A stretch of DNA of 61,577 bases, the filler included, from Platydemus manokwari (taxonomy: Eukaryota), in the NCBI GenBank assembly GCA_037951405.1. It is 6 parts of 6 records of this genome, joined end to end, with 100 filler letters (N's around TTAATTAATTAA, not from the genome) between each part and the next. Parts side by side here need not be neighbours in the genome. Positions count along the whole stretch, not along the records: positions 9,163 to 18,612 come from JBBMOY011248319.1; positions 18,713 to 27,947 come from JBBMOY011279429.1; 4 more parts are not named here. One strand, written 5' to 3'. This document shows positions 11,898 to 23,900 of this stretch, piece after piece; position 1 is the stretch's first letter, and every line of letters begins with the position of its first letter. The position numbers and the translations under genes are program-made. Below the pieces are notes generated by a model. That model made no database searches. It had not been told where the DNA came from and saw only the letters and a list, made by a program, of their open reading frames with translations.

Positions 11898-13477
11898 AAA
11901 CACAGCCAATACCATTACCAGAAATTGTTCCACCCGTTCCTGTTTCTCCCCCACTTCCTCCTCCACCACCTCCACCACCTCCACCACCACCACCTCCTCC
12001 TCCTAGTAGTAGTAATCTCAATACTCGGCAATCTTTCAATAAATCTAATAATAAGATATTCGAGCAGTTTGGCTTGACAAGGAAAATCTTCCATCCACAA
12101 CACCCAATGAAAAAGGCCAACTGGAACAAAATCAATGACAAAAATATAAATAAAAAGTCGATATGGTTATCCATCAGAGATGATGCAATACCCGATGATG
12201 CTTTCATCGAATTAGAGAACAATTTCTCCAATAAAGTTGTACCAGATAAAATCGATAGCAGCAAAACTGAAGTGGTGTCCAAAAATCTCAAAGTTCTTGA
12301 TATGAAAGCTGCTCAAAATATATCGATCTTATTAGGTTCTTTTCGTATGGATTACGAGAAACTAAAGGAAGCAATTATCGAAATAAATACCTCAATTTTA
12401 ACGCAATCTATGGTAGAACAACTAATTAAAAACCTTCCAGAACCGGAACAAATGCAGAAGATTTGTGAGCTGAAAGACATTTATGAAGATCTATCTGAAT
12501 CGGAGCAGTTTTTGTATAAGTTATCAAATATTAACAAGTTGAAACCACGATTAGAATCGATCTTGTTTCAGTTAAAATTCGAAGATAAAATCAATGAAAT
12601 CAAAGCACAATATCACGAGGCTGAGATGGCATTGACAGAGATATTGAAAAGTCCTGGATTGAAAAAGATTCTGGAAATCGTTCTGTCGCTAGGTAACTAC
12701 ATGAATGCCGGTTCGAGAAATCAACAATCGATTGGATTCGAGTTGAATTTCCTTTGTAAATTATCTTCGACAAAAGATAAAACCAATACTCGAACACTAC
12801 TTCATTTCTTAGCTGAAATTGTCAAGAAATTCTTTTTCAATCCCAATGATCTCTTAAAGGAGTTGAGTTATATCGATAAAGCTAGTCGATTGGGTCTTGA
12901 TTCAACGAATAGTAGTTTAGCGGAAATCAGACAGGGACTGAAAGATTTAACAAATCAGATAAAAATATTCAAACAAATTGATAAAAATGACAGATTTATC
13001 GAAAAGATGAAACCGTTTATAGAAACCGTTCAGAAACAGATCACCATAACTCAATTGTTTCAATCGAAAATGAATGACTCATTCGAATTTGTGGCCGAAT
13101 ATTTCAGTTTCAATACAGCCACTTACAAAATGGAAGATCTTCTCAATGACATTTTCAAATTTAAAGTGGAATTTTTAGAAGCACACAGACTCAACGAAGA
13201 AATCAAACTATTGGAAGAAAGAGCGTTGAAAACAAAATTAGAGAAAGAACGTCGTGCCATGGAAAAAGAATCGCGCTCTATTCCGGAAACAACATCAGAA
13301 GAGGCCAGTGGAGTTTTGGACAATCTGTTAATGGTTTTAAAGAGTGATGATGGTTTGATAGCACCAAAGAGGCATAAAATGAAGACCAAATCAGGTAATA
13401 AACGCAACAGAACAAGGACGCGAGTGATACTTAACGAAAATTTACCAAATAATTTGGTCACAGTTTCATCGAAATGA
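11898..13477 (+). CDS. dia: Diaphanous-family formin, terminal exon (FH1-FH2-DAD); N-terminal exons not identified
   Basis: Candidate acceptor ctattAG at 11896-11897. The frame stays open through a 16-Pro FH1 run (11957-12004) into ORF 12074-13477. FH2 motifs KKANWNKI, QNISILL, GNYMN and LSSTK are present, followed by a DAD-like GVLDNLLMVL and a basic tail. Confidence 0.9.
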
Positions 13478-14239
13478 GATTCAAAACATTGCTACTGTGT
13501 AAATATTTCCTCTATCAGAAATTCGACATATCAGATAAGATTATTAATTGTTAGATCTTGACATTATTTCAAATCTTTATACCTATGTGATGTGACATTT
13601 TGGCCATGACTCAATGTTGACATAAACAGATTTTCTATCTATATATAAATATATATATACAGGCGTGTGTGTGTTTGTCAACAAAAATGCATATCTTTTA
13701 CTATTCCAATAAATTCGAACCAAATAAAATTGATTTCATTTATTTTTATAGTTACAAAATTGTTATTGATTTACTTAACGTGCACATATGGATATTAATA
13801 GATCTATTTATACTTCACCAATTGTTATATCAATTTAATAACGATTCTGATACATAATTGTCACCTATGCTGATTTTGTGCAAAATATTTTTCACAATTT
13901 AGTATGTATTTCAATACTTTACGTGTGTGTGTGGGTCTGTTTGTGTGTTTTCTTGTGGTATTTATTGTTGTGCTTGTACTTGTTAATGTTAATGAAAATT
14001 ATTTAATTATTAAATTATTAATATTTAATGAATATGAAACGTTAATTCTGGCCCTCATACATCAATGTTACGAGTGAATTTTAACAAAGATTAAAGAAAA
14101 TTTTCTTGAGCACGAAGTTAATATTAATTAAGTTATTCATTGTTTTGTATTTTAAGTGGAATACACATTTTTTATTTTTGTTTTAAAAAGTGTTTTGTCT
14201 TTGTTTTGATATTTTTATTGATAGAAAATATAATAATCT

Positions 14240-14332
14240 CATTACTGTTATTATTAATATCATCATCATTATTATTATTGTTATTACTATTATTATTACT
14301 ATTATAGTTACAATAATTGTTATAATTATTAT
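14240..14332. repeat. ATT/ATC microsatellite
   Basis: Directly visible. Confidence 0.8.
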
Positions 14333-16506
14333 GAAAATTAAAAAATCAAGTAACAATTTATGGTAACATAAAAATAAATTCACTGGTTTAATTTAATAAT
14401 TGTAATCAAAATGCTTCCCTGTGGCATAAGATTCAAGGTAATTATATGATTATATTATGCTTTTCAGTGAATATTTCTACTGAGGAAATATTTTAATAAA
14501 AATCTCCTAATATATATTTGAAGAAATTAATCGTATCTGTCCTGCATTATTATACAAGTTATATTGATATAGAATGTCCCACACCGAATTGAAATAGGAA
14601 GATCTGCAGGATTTCATTGAATTTTATAAGATGACAGTCTATTATTGAGTGAGATGAAATTCTGCAAAAAGAAAAACGGATTTGCAACTTGGAATAAGCA
14701 CCTTAGACATTTGGATGCCTACACAACCAGCCAGGCATATCAATCGGCCAATCACAGTGAGGTTAGATGGTAAGCGATAATTGGAAAATAGGGCATAATC
14801 GCACAACAACAATAATGCTAATGAAAAAACTTAAAAATCCAATAGAAATATGGAATAGCAAGTTCGAGTCAAAATGTAGTACAAAATTATACAAAAAATT
14901 ACACGCAGATCTCGAATATAAATATCGATGTAAAGATAGCCAACTACAGTTGGAAGCCAAGTTTTTTTGATATTTTATAAAGTATGTCAAGTCTAATTAC
15001 TTGTAAGTTGTACTGAGAAGTATCCGATTGAAATACAATTTTAGAGATTGGTTAATTGTCAAGAATGATCTAACACTATCTTACTAAATCAGTTAATCAT
15101 CATAACTGTATTTATTGGGCTGATAAAAACCAAAATCGTGTTGATATGAAATCCATGGATCAGCGTAGTGTCATTGCTTGATAAAAATTTTGGTACAATG
15201 AGTTACTACATCATATTTTTCCCGGGCAGCTCTCAGCGTTGAAAATTATCCCTCTATGCTTAAAAATGGTGTGTGCCATATATGATGGGGCTCTGTTGCA
15301 TTTCAAGTGATCAACAATTTCAATTATAATGTTCCAAATAGATTTGAAATATTGACTGAAGAGATTATTGATATTAATCAATATTACTTATCAATGAATA
15401 AATAGTTATAATTCTATCAATTCGAATTGTATGATTCTTGGTCGAAAATGATTTTAACTAGAAAATTATATTCTGGATTTATTTCGAAATTAAAATATAA
15501 AGTAATAAGCAGACTTAATATTATCATAAAGTTACTCAAAGTGAAATATAATGATATCAATTCATATCAATTGGATGAAGGAATGTTTTTGTCAGTTCAA
15601 TAGGTCCAATATCGGTAATTTGGTTGTGTTGTTAACTAATAGTTATTTGATACTTATCGAAACTAGTTTTATCATATTTTCAGATCAATCTCGTCTTATT
15701 GTTGAATACCAAATTTAGTTGATAATTTTATCTTGTCCACGTCATATTATCAGAACATATAATTATATTGCCTTCAATATTCATATGATTAGCTATCAAT
15801 TTAGCGGAAAGAGTATCGTCTTGGTTAATTATATTTGATTTTATCAATAATGCTTATAATTTGAAGAAAATGAAAAATTATTGTGAATGTGTATAAGTTG
15901 AAATAGTTTGGTAAGAACTACTTTGGTTTGTATAATGATAATTGAAAATTGTTATTCTCTGAATTGAGAAAGGTGACCTTTAATTTTCTTTTTTTTGTTT
16001 AATAACGAAAAATAAATTCATCAGAAATTAGTTTATAAGGTCAAATAAATTAATAAACAGGCTTTAAGAATAACAGCGTGACTTAAATATGAAAGAATCA
16101 TCGATATATATATATATATATAAGAATATTCGATTTCAAATTCATTAACATTGGTGGTCGATATGTAGAAATAATTCTAAACATTTAACATAAGATTTTA
16201 AAGTAAAATCTTTCAAACCGGCTCCTAGAAAATAGCATAAATACGAGAAAGATTCGCGAAGGATACAGCGAAATTTGAAACAAATCATCTAATCACCAAT
16301 GAATGAAGCTGTGAATTATAATGCTAGGTGTGATTTGTTCCAATGAATTAGTGAAACAAAATGAAATTTAAAATCCAAATATTATTATGTATCGTGATTC
16401 ATAACAATGATTAATAGATATGTTTCACAAAATAAAACTAAACGTTAATTTCTAATAGCAAATTACTTGGTCATGGTTGATTGAATTCAAAATTTTTGAT
16501 TATTGA

Positions 16507-16720
16507 AAAAATATTTTTTAGATAAACATACTTTAAAATGAATTCTTTACTAACGAATGTAATGCCAAAATAATAATCATAATTAAACTGAAAAAAAATG
16601 AAATATTAAAATATTTTTTAGATAAACATACTTTAAAATAAATTCTTTACTAACGGATATAACGCCAAAACCAGTACTGCAAAATAATAACCATTGTTAA
16701 ACTGAAAAACATAATGAAAA
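16507..16720. repeat. Imperfect tandem duplication, period about 100 bp
   Basis: aaaatattttttagataaacatactttaaaat...attctttactaacg occurs at about 16507 and about 16608. Confidence 0.85.
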
Positions 16721-16801
16721 TTTTTAAGAAACATTTGGTTAACTCTTCGTTTTTCAAATGACACAATGTTTTTCTCATTCAACGAAGTTTAACGACTTTG
16801 G

Positions 16802-16880
16802 TTAACACATTGACGGACAGTAGGAACAAATGAAGTTCGAAATTGACGGTTAGAGACGCAAGTGTCCGTCAGCATGTAAA
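16802..16880. mobile_element. Tiny MITE-like inverted-repeat element
   Basis: TTAA-CACATTGACGGACA at 16802-16819 and TGTCCGTCAGCATG at 16863-16876 (9-bp perfect core). The TTAA-CAC start is piggyBac-like. Confidence 0.35.
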
Positions 16881-16919
16881 AAGATATAAAAGTTTTTAAA
16901 ATACAGTATTTAAAAAATT

Positions 16920-17250
16920 TCTGATATCGTGATATTATGATAAGCTGCTTTTCTGAAGATCATGGTTATATCAAGGCTATTTAGATAATTTATTCATATT
17001 TGGAATTGTGGTGTTATTGGGTTCTTTGTCTTCCATATGAATGTGATCAATTTGTAATCAGTTCTTAGTGTGAATCATTTCCCCTATACTGAGAGAAATA
17101 ATATATCGATAGTAATTCCTTCCTGGTGATACAAAACCCTTTCTTATGTTTCCTCATTGCGTGAGATCCGTATGCAATGACTCTTTCATTTCCTGGGTTA
17201 TCTTGATGAAATAATACTGCTTCCACTGTGACGAAACCTGCTTCGGTACT
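16920..17250 (-). mobile_element. Ty3/Gypsy RNase H fragment (decayed)
   Basis: AVLFHQD...ERVIAYGSHAMRKHKKGFCITRKELLSIYYF, then a frameshifted LRTDYKLITF...PQFQI*INYLNSLD; matches the Ty3 RNase H AY.S / KELLAI / TDH pattern. Confidence 0.85.
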
Positions 17251-17419
17251 TCTGTCAGAGCTTTTTTCATGTCTTCGAATACTGTACTGCATGTTTCATT
17301 TCATGCTTCATATTAATGTTGTCGAGCATTCAATTGCAAATAATGACGAACTAAGGAAGACTCAAAAGAAGATACTGTCGTTGGATCCTTTTTGAAGTGA
17401 TTACAGAAAACAGAAAGTC

Positions 17420-17520
17420 AATCATCGATAATTGGATCTATAGATATGGTGTTCCAAAACCAATGCTCACTGATCGGGGTAGAGTCTTTGAGGGAAGGCA
17501 AATGAAAGAGTTATCGTGGG
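17420..17520 (+). mobile_element. Retroviral-type integrase core fragment
   Basis: WIYRYGVPKPMLTDRGRVFEGRQMKEL, the G.P..I.SD.G..F motif containing the second catalytic Asp. Opposite strand to the adjacent RNase H fragment. Confidence 0.75.
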
Positions 17521-18612
17521 TTACGATTAAATGAACTAAGCCACCACCATTAGATAATCAAAGAAACGGACAAACCAGCTAAAATCAGTAGCAAAAAATT
17601 TAAGAAAATTTTATACTAACAAAAGAAATTGTACAATTTTCGCGGTTGGAGAAAAATTCTAGTATAGAAAGAACCACACAAGATAAATAAGAACGGAAAT
17701 CGTAATGAAGGTCCTCACAGAATTTTGAAATTTTAAAGCCCACATCAAGTGTTTCTTGATTTCCGGGGACAGCCAAAACTTCGAAGAATTGAGTGGCAAA
17801 TAAGGTCTCAAAAACAACGGGAGAGGGAAGTTAGATAAATCATAGATATTAGATTTGTTTTAATATTCTGAAAAACGCGTGTTATTTTTGAAACAATTAA
17901 TTTTGATGAGAACAACCCATGTTATTACTGATATACAAGTAGCTACAACTAATAAATTATCATTATATAATTTTAATCAAGAGATTTATTTATGAAGATG
18001 GAATTGGTACAAAATCATTTGTATCCGAAATATCTTCATTGGTGTAATTATTTTAGTTATTATGAAAATCAAATGAAGATACCGAAATTACATGATCTAA
18101 ATGCCAAAGTGATTCTCAATTATATCATATCAATATGTTTCCAAGAAAAAAGCTATATTCTATTGATTAATAGTCCTGAAATGATTCAAAGTCAATATTC
18201 TAAATAATTCTGAGTACTTTTCTATAAGCAGTAGTATGTAATCAGTTATATATTTCAAACTCAAAATCGTAACAAAAAATGAAAGAATCGATATACCGTT
18301 TATCCAAATAAACTCAGCTAGGCTTCTATTATTCTTTTACAATTAACACCAATTATTTCTAAGCATTGATCTAATATTATCGTCTTACTGATTCGAATTT
18401 TAATCCAATCAATTTCTGCTTGTACGTATCCTATTTATATTTGTCATTACAAGCAATAAATTTTATATTTTAAACATCACACAAATTCTCACTGTTCCAA
18501 AGATGATAATAATGATGATTTTATATGTTATGTCAAGTGTCTTGATGATTGATTCGGTAAAGTCCGAATCAAATATATTTATAAAAAAGTTAACCTGGGT
18601 TGGTTATTCAAC

Positions 18613-18712
18613 NNNNNNNNNNNNNNNNNNNNNNNNNNNNNNNNNNNNNNNNNNNNTTAATTAATTAANNNNNNNNNNNNNNNNNNNNNNNNNNNNNNNN
18701 NNNNNNNNNNNN
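18613..18712. other. Artificial scaffold linker
   Basis: N44-TTAATTAATTAA-N44. Confidence 0.97.
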
Positions 18713-19357
18713 AATTTTCCACTTCTAAAATACTATAAATAGGCACCTAAAATCATTAATTTTCGCTCATAAAAACTTAAACACAAAAACTTGAATTACG
18801 GAAAAGGTTCAGAGTCTTAGAAAAGCGAATTCGAAAAGAAAATAAAGCTGCCGACTACCGTTTTAATTTCCAGGAGAAGGATTAACAAACTCAAGAAAGC
18901 GCATAAACGTCAATTAAAGGAGAATTGGCAATATTGGATTTTGCAGAGAAACGGAGTAAATTCAAAGGTGCGAAGACTCGTCAAACGGAAATAAACTTAT
19001 ATCTTAAAATCTATATTTAATTAAAATCTTAATATATATAGGTTGATTCGTCAAATTCGAATTAACCACTCCCGAACCCTAAATAGTTTGAGCTAAATTT
19101 GTTTGGTGTAATATAATTAATTTGTTTGTTGGTCCGGATTATTAATTTATTAATTATTGATAATTGTAATTTATTGAAACTTTTGTAATATTGTTTTTGA
19201 TTTCAATAGCGGAATTTTCTTATTAAATCTGTCTTTATTTTGATTTATTGATTAATAGTTTTTCAATTTATTAGTAGTTATTGTTCATAGTATAATAGAC
19301 TGATAATCGAGAGGGTTGATTTGAATTTAAGTCAGATCAATCTTAAGAACTCACCGG

Positions 19358-19600
19358 TGTTGGGAATACAAACACATAAGTACCAAAGCACAACAGTAAT
19401 TTGCTTCTGTACGTTTTATTTGCCAAAATTATTTTCGCAAATTTTGTCTGATTTATTTTTCCTTTTATACTAAATTTTTCGCCAGTTTTTGTTGTGTTTA
19501 TGTAGTGTTTCCTCTGATTGGTGTTTATTTTGTTTCCTTCACAACTCGATAATTGTAATGACCATTTGTATTTGTGTATATTTGTGATTTATTGATGCTA
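19358..19600 (+). mobile_element. 5' end of another copy of the TGTTGGGAAT LTR-like family; 3' end not found
   Basis: Starts TGTTGGGAATAC like 2728; tttgccaaaattattt...cttttatactaaatttt resembles the reverse complement of 1845-1905. Confidence 0.5.
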
Positions 19601-20547
19601 TTATTTATTTATTATTTATTTTATTTAAAAAACTTGATTTGTTAAAATGTATGCGTTTATTTTTCAGAATTTTTTTATTAGTTAAATTGCACAATTGATC
19701 AATTTAAATCAATAATTTGAATTTATTTATTTTTCAAAATTTTGCTATTAGTTAGATAAACTTTAGCAATACGTGAATTTAATTTTAATGAATAACCTGA
19801 GTTTAACAACAATTTGAGTTTAACAATCAATATCTTTTTCTCCGTTTTTTCTGTTGATTTTAATAAATAATTTGGATTTAACTTAGACTTTGTGATTTTG
19901 TATTGTATGAATGACTCACGTAAATGATTTGAAATTTTGTATTTGAATTTTGTGATTTTGTTCTCACATATTGATTCTTGCTCTTGAGTAATATCTAACA
20001 TTATTTCTCACAATATCAATTTATAATAAACTGATTTTAAATGGCAATCAGAATTAAGAATGGTAATGTTTTTTTAATTTTCGAATTAGTATCGGGTTTG
20101 GGATAAATACACCCTGCAACGATATCAAGATTCAATGTGTATAATTTGACTAAAAACTTCATTTTAAAATTTTTCCACGACAATATTCGATAAAAATATT
20201 TTGCTTAAATGTTTAATACTAGAATTTGTAAAAAATAAAAATATTTTCAGAACATCTACACCAGTGCATGGTATAAATACAATACAACCATTTTTATGAG
20301 ATCAATAAGCAAAAATTGTAGCAGACTTGACTATCAGTTGATTAAACAGCAAATAATTGGTTGAACCGTAAATAATAAATGATTCACAACCATTGAATAA
20401 CAGGTTATAACTGAGTCAAAAGATAACATTATCAATCACTGTGACTTATTCAATAGAGTTTCATTTAATAGTCTTGGTTTCAAAAAATTATTTTTATGTA
20501 CTTAACAGCGTTATAAGTGGGTCCCTGTTTCATTATTTTCTATAGAT

Positions 20548-20998
20548 TAATGATTTTTAAATTTCAAGTGTGAGAATTTGAAAATGAATTAAATTTTTAA
20601 AGATTTAATTTTACATAAAATTATATTAATTTGTTTATATGATTTGGTATCGTAACTTTTCAGTTCGTTTTCAATGCGTGTTTGATAATACAGTAGAGGC
20701 TTATATGATGAAAAAGATTTAGAGAAGATCAATAACTGAAAACGCAAGAAATAGAGTTTTCGTGTAAATAAATATGTAGAGTATTCGATAGTGACCAATA
20801 GGAAAATCAATGATTTGAAAGGGAGATATGAGGATTTTTAAGTGAATTAAATTTCGAAAGATTTAATTCAGATTTTGTATAAATTTATATTAATTTGTTT
20901 ATATAATTCTATTTAAATATTTAATTTAATGTCGTAACTTTTCAGTTCGTTTTTAGTGTGTGATTTTTATAAATAGTAGCGGCTTACATGAGTAAAGG
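20548..20998. repeat. Diverged tandem duplication, period about 260-280 bp
   Basis: tgaattaaattt, ttatattaatttgtttatat and tcgtaacttttcagttcgtttt each occur twice in the same order. Confidence 0.8.
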
Positions 20999-23900
20999 AA
21001 AGCTAAGGTTTATAATTTACCTTGCTTTGATACAATGGTATGCCTTTGAATGTATCATTAATCTATAGATAAATAATCAAAGTGAAGAGGAAATTATCTT
21101 CTAATTGTAATTCATTCTATATTTTTGCTTTGTTAATTTGCTTCGTATTTTAAAATTTATTGCTATCTGTGTAACTTTTTATTCAGTTTATTTTTCAACT
21201 ATCTTTCAGTTTTGTGAAATTGTTAAAATAAATGAACTCACCTGTTGACTAAACTACAACAAGTTGTTCATTGGTTTCTACTAGTGTAATCGGGAAACCA
21301 AATAATTCTATTATTCTTTCATCTGATGTAATTCCGATAATATTGATAAATTATTGAAAATGTACAAAAAATTGCAATCATTTAGCTTTATATGTTATTG
21401 TATTTTATTTTACAATAATCAGTTCATTATAGAATAAATATTATATAATTAAATTTAAAAATCGAATTTTTAAACCAGAAACAAACACCAAAAATAATTA
21501 TATTACTATCTAAATGTGTTTTTGTTTACTACTGTCAAGAGTTAGTACAGCTATTTAATCAATATCATAAACTGCAAACAACGATATTGATTATTTGTAT
21601 GATGATAATTTAAAGACAACATCACGCTAAATTAATCAAGAAATACACACAAGAAATGATGCACACACACACTCCTAAAACAATGAATGAAAAGTCTATC
21701 ACAAGTCAGCTTATGAAAACCGATTTTATTTACTACATTTCGTGTAAAAAACATACGTGCACAAATAGTGTGCTGTAATTAACCAACAAAGGTATAATGA
21801 ACAATAATTTCCCGTGTAACGTTAATAAATTTTTAAAAAACGTATCAGATAGTTGGAGGTTCACTATTTCAACCTACTATTAAACATAGTCCACAAACAA
21901 ATATCTAAGATAGAAAGCATTGGCAAATATTTTATCTGAAGATATTAAATTAAGAAAATGAAATAACGTCTGGAATTTGTAGCATTCATTATTGATTATC
22001 AAGTGAGACTATAAATGTGAAACAGATAGCCGTGCGCCATCGCTATGAGCTTCAAATATATTGTTTATCGGTACTATTTATAATATAAGAATAAGGTTTA
22101 AAAATCTTATATTTGATAATGCCCTATCAAATTGTGACTACAATTAAACATCATCAATCAAGAATATTATGTCCGTTATTATGTATCAACTTGTATTTCG
22201 TTTATTTCTCTACCTTGGACTAAAATTAAATTATTTGATTTACAATACTCCGAACTTCGTAGCATAATATTATTATTACAAATTCATTTGTAAAACTCTG
22301 GTTTGTAAAATTTTATAATAATTAGACTTTGAACAGAGTTCAAAATTTTAATATTAACAAAATATATTCAACAATTTATTCGAATTTTTAAGTGGAATCA
22401 TGAAATCGAAAATACATTGCGAAACGAAAATTAAAATTTAGTTTAAATTTTAAAATTATACTATATTTAAACAGGTCAAAATTACAAAATCGTTGTCATT
22501 GCAAATTGAATCAGTAGCATGGTTGTACGTTCAATCGATTTGATAATTTTTTTAGCTCTGGACCCAAAATTAGATAATAATAAAATTTTCTTGATTATTT
22601 GGAATTGCAAAGTTAACAATTATTATTGTTTTATTATCAATTTATTTAAATTAAATTATTAATCAAAAGTTTAGTGGTGATTAATATTAATTATGTAATA
22701 TTTAATTCTCTTTATCACTTAAAGTTAAAATTGCATTAATAAATGGTCCTTCAATGTTTTTGAATGTGAGCTTCAAATGTATCCAAACATATCCATCTAC
22801 CATCATCACCTTAAATTGGTACTAATAAGTATAAATTTGCAGTTAACCATATAATAATATAATAAAAAAAAATTATTAGTATCAATTATTTTTACTAAAT
22901 ACAAATGTATTATTATTACCAACTATTACACTCAAATATAACTTTATATATTATATAATTAACAACTTAAAGTTGCAATTACGTAATAATCCTGTCAAAA
23001 CTTATAAAATTTTATATGAGAATTATAATTGTAATGTAACCTTCTTGCGTTTCGAATACCACATTCATAACTTTCGTATATATCTTTTTAGTATCTTTGA
23101 TGAAACAACTGAGGTCATTTTTATCTTGCTGTTTCTAAATTACGAATCTTTTATTTTTACATTTTTTACATGTTCTTGTAGTCCTAGCAAAAGTACTAAT
23201 TTTGTTTAACCTGAATGAGTATTGTCCACGCGTTAGTATCGAGTCTCCGATAATTAGCTTAAACTTTGACTCTAATTAGTCTGCTTTGGTTAACAGTAAT
23301 AAATTTTTTTATGAATATTCTATAAAAATATATTTCTATCATTAATAAGCGAATCCCACATTATATTTCAAATATCTTCTAGCTATATGATATTATATGC
23401 TTCAACTTAATTTTTTAAAACCAGTGTCTTTGTTGTTCTTATTAAATAGAAATGGAGGATGTATGTTGGTAAAATTAGAATCAAAACGAGAAAAAGAGAG
23501 GTAGTAAAAAAAATAACAAGACTTTGATAAAAGCGGTTTAAGTCAATCAAATCAAACTTAAGTTACTAAATACTAAATATATTGTCACAAGAAGCAGATT
23601 ATCAATCTATTTGAAGAATTTTTATTCAAATACTAGATGAAAATATTGAATCTTATAATAACTCAGAATTATTTTCCCAAAGTAAACAGAAAAGGCAGAA
23701 TGATTAATACAGAGAGAAGACACAGCTTCTAGCTTCATAGCTGTGATCAAAAGTGGTGGTGAACTGGGTGAATTGAGCTGAGTATTACCGATTTTGTGAG
23801 CTACTACAACAGTCTTTGCATGGAGCGTTTCAGTCGGAGTTTTCTCGGGATTCCTGGCTAGTCAATGAATAGAATTTTAGTAACCATTGGTCCTATCAGT

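Noticed and set aside
11875-12291. Gly-rich minus-strand ORF
   Set aside because: It is the antisense shadow of the formin poly-Pro FH1.
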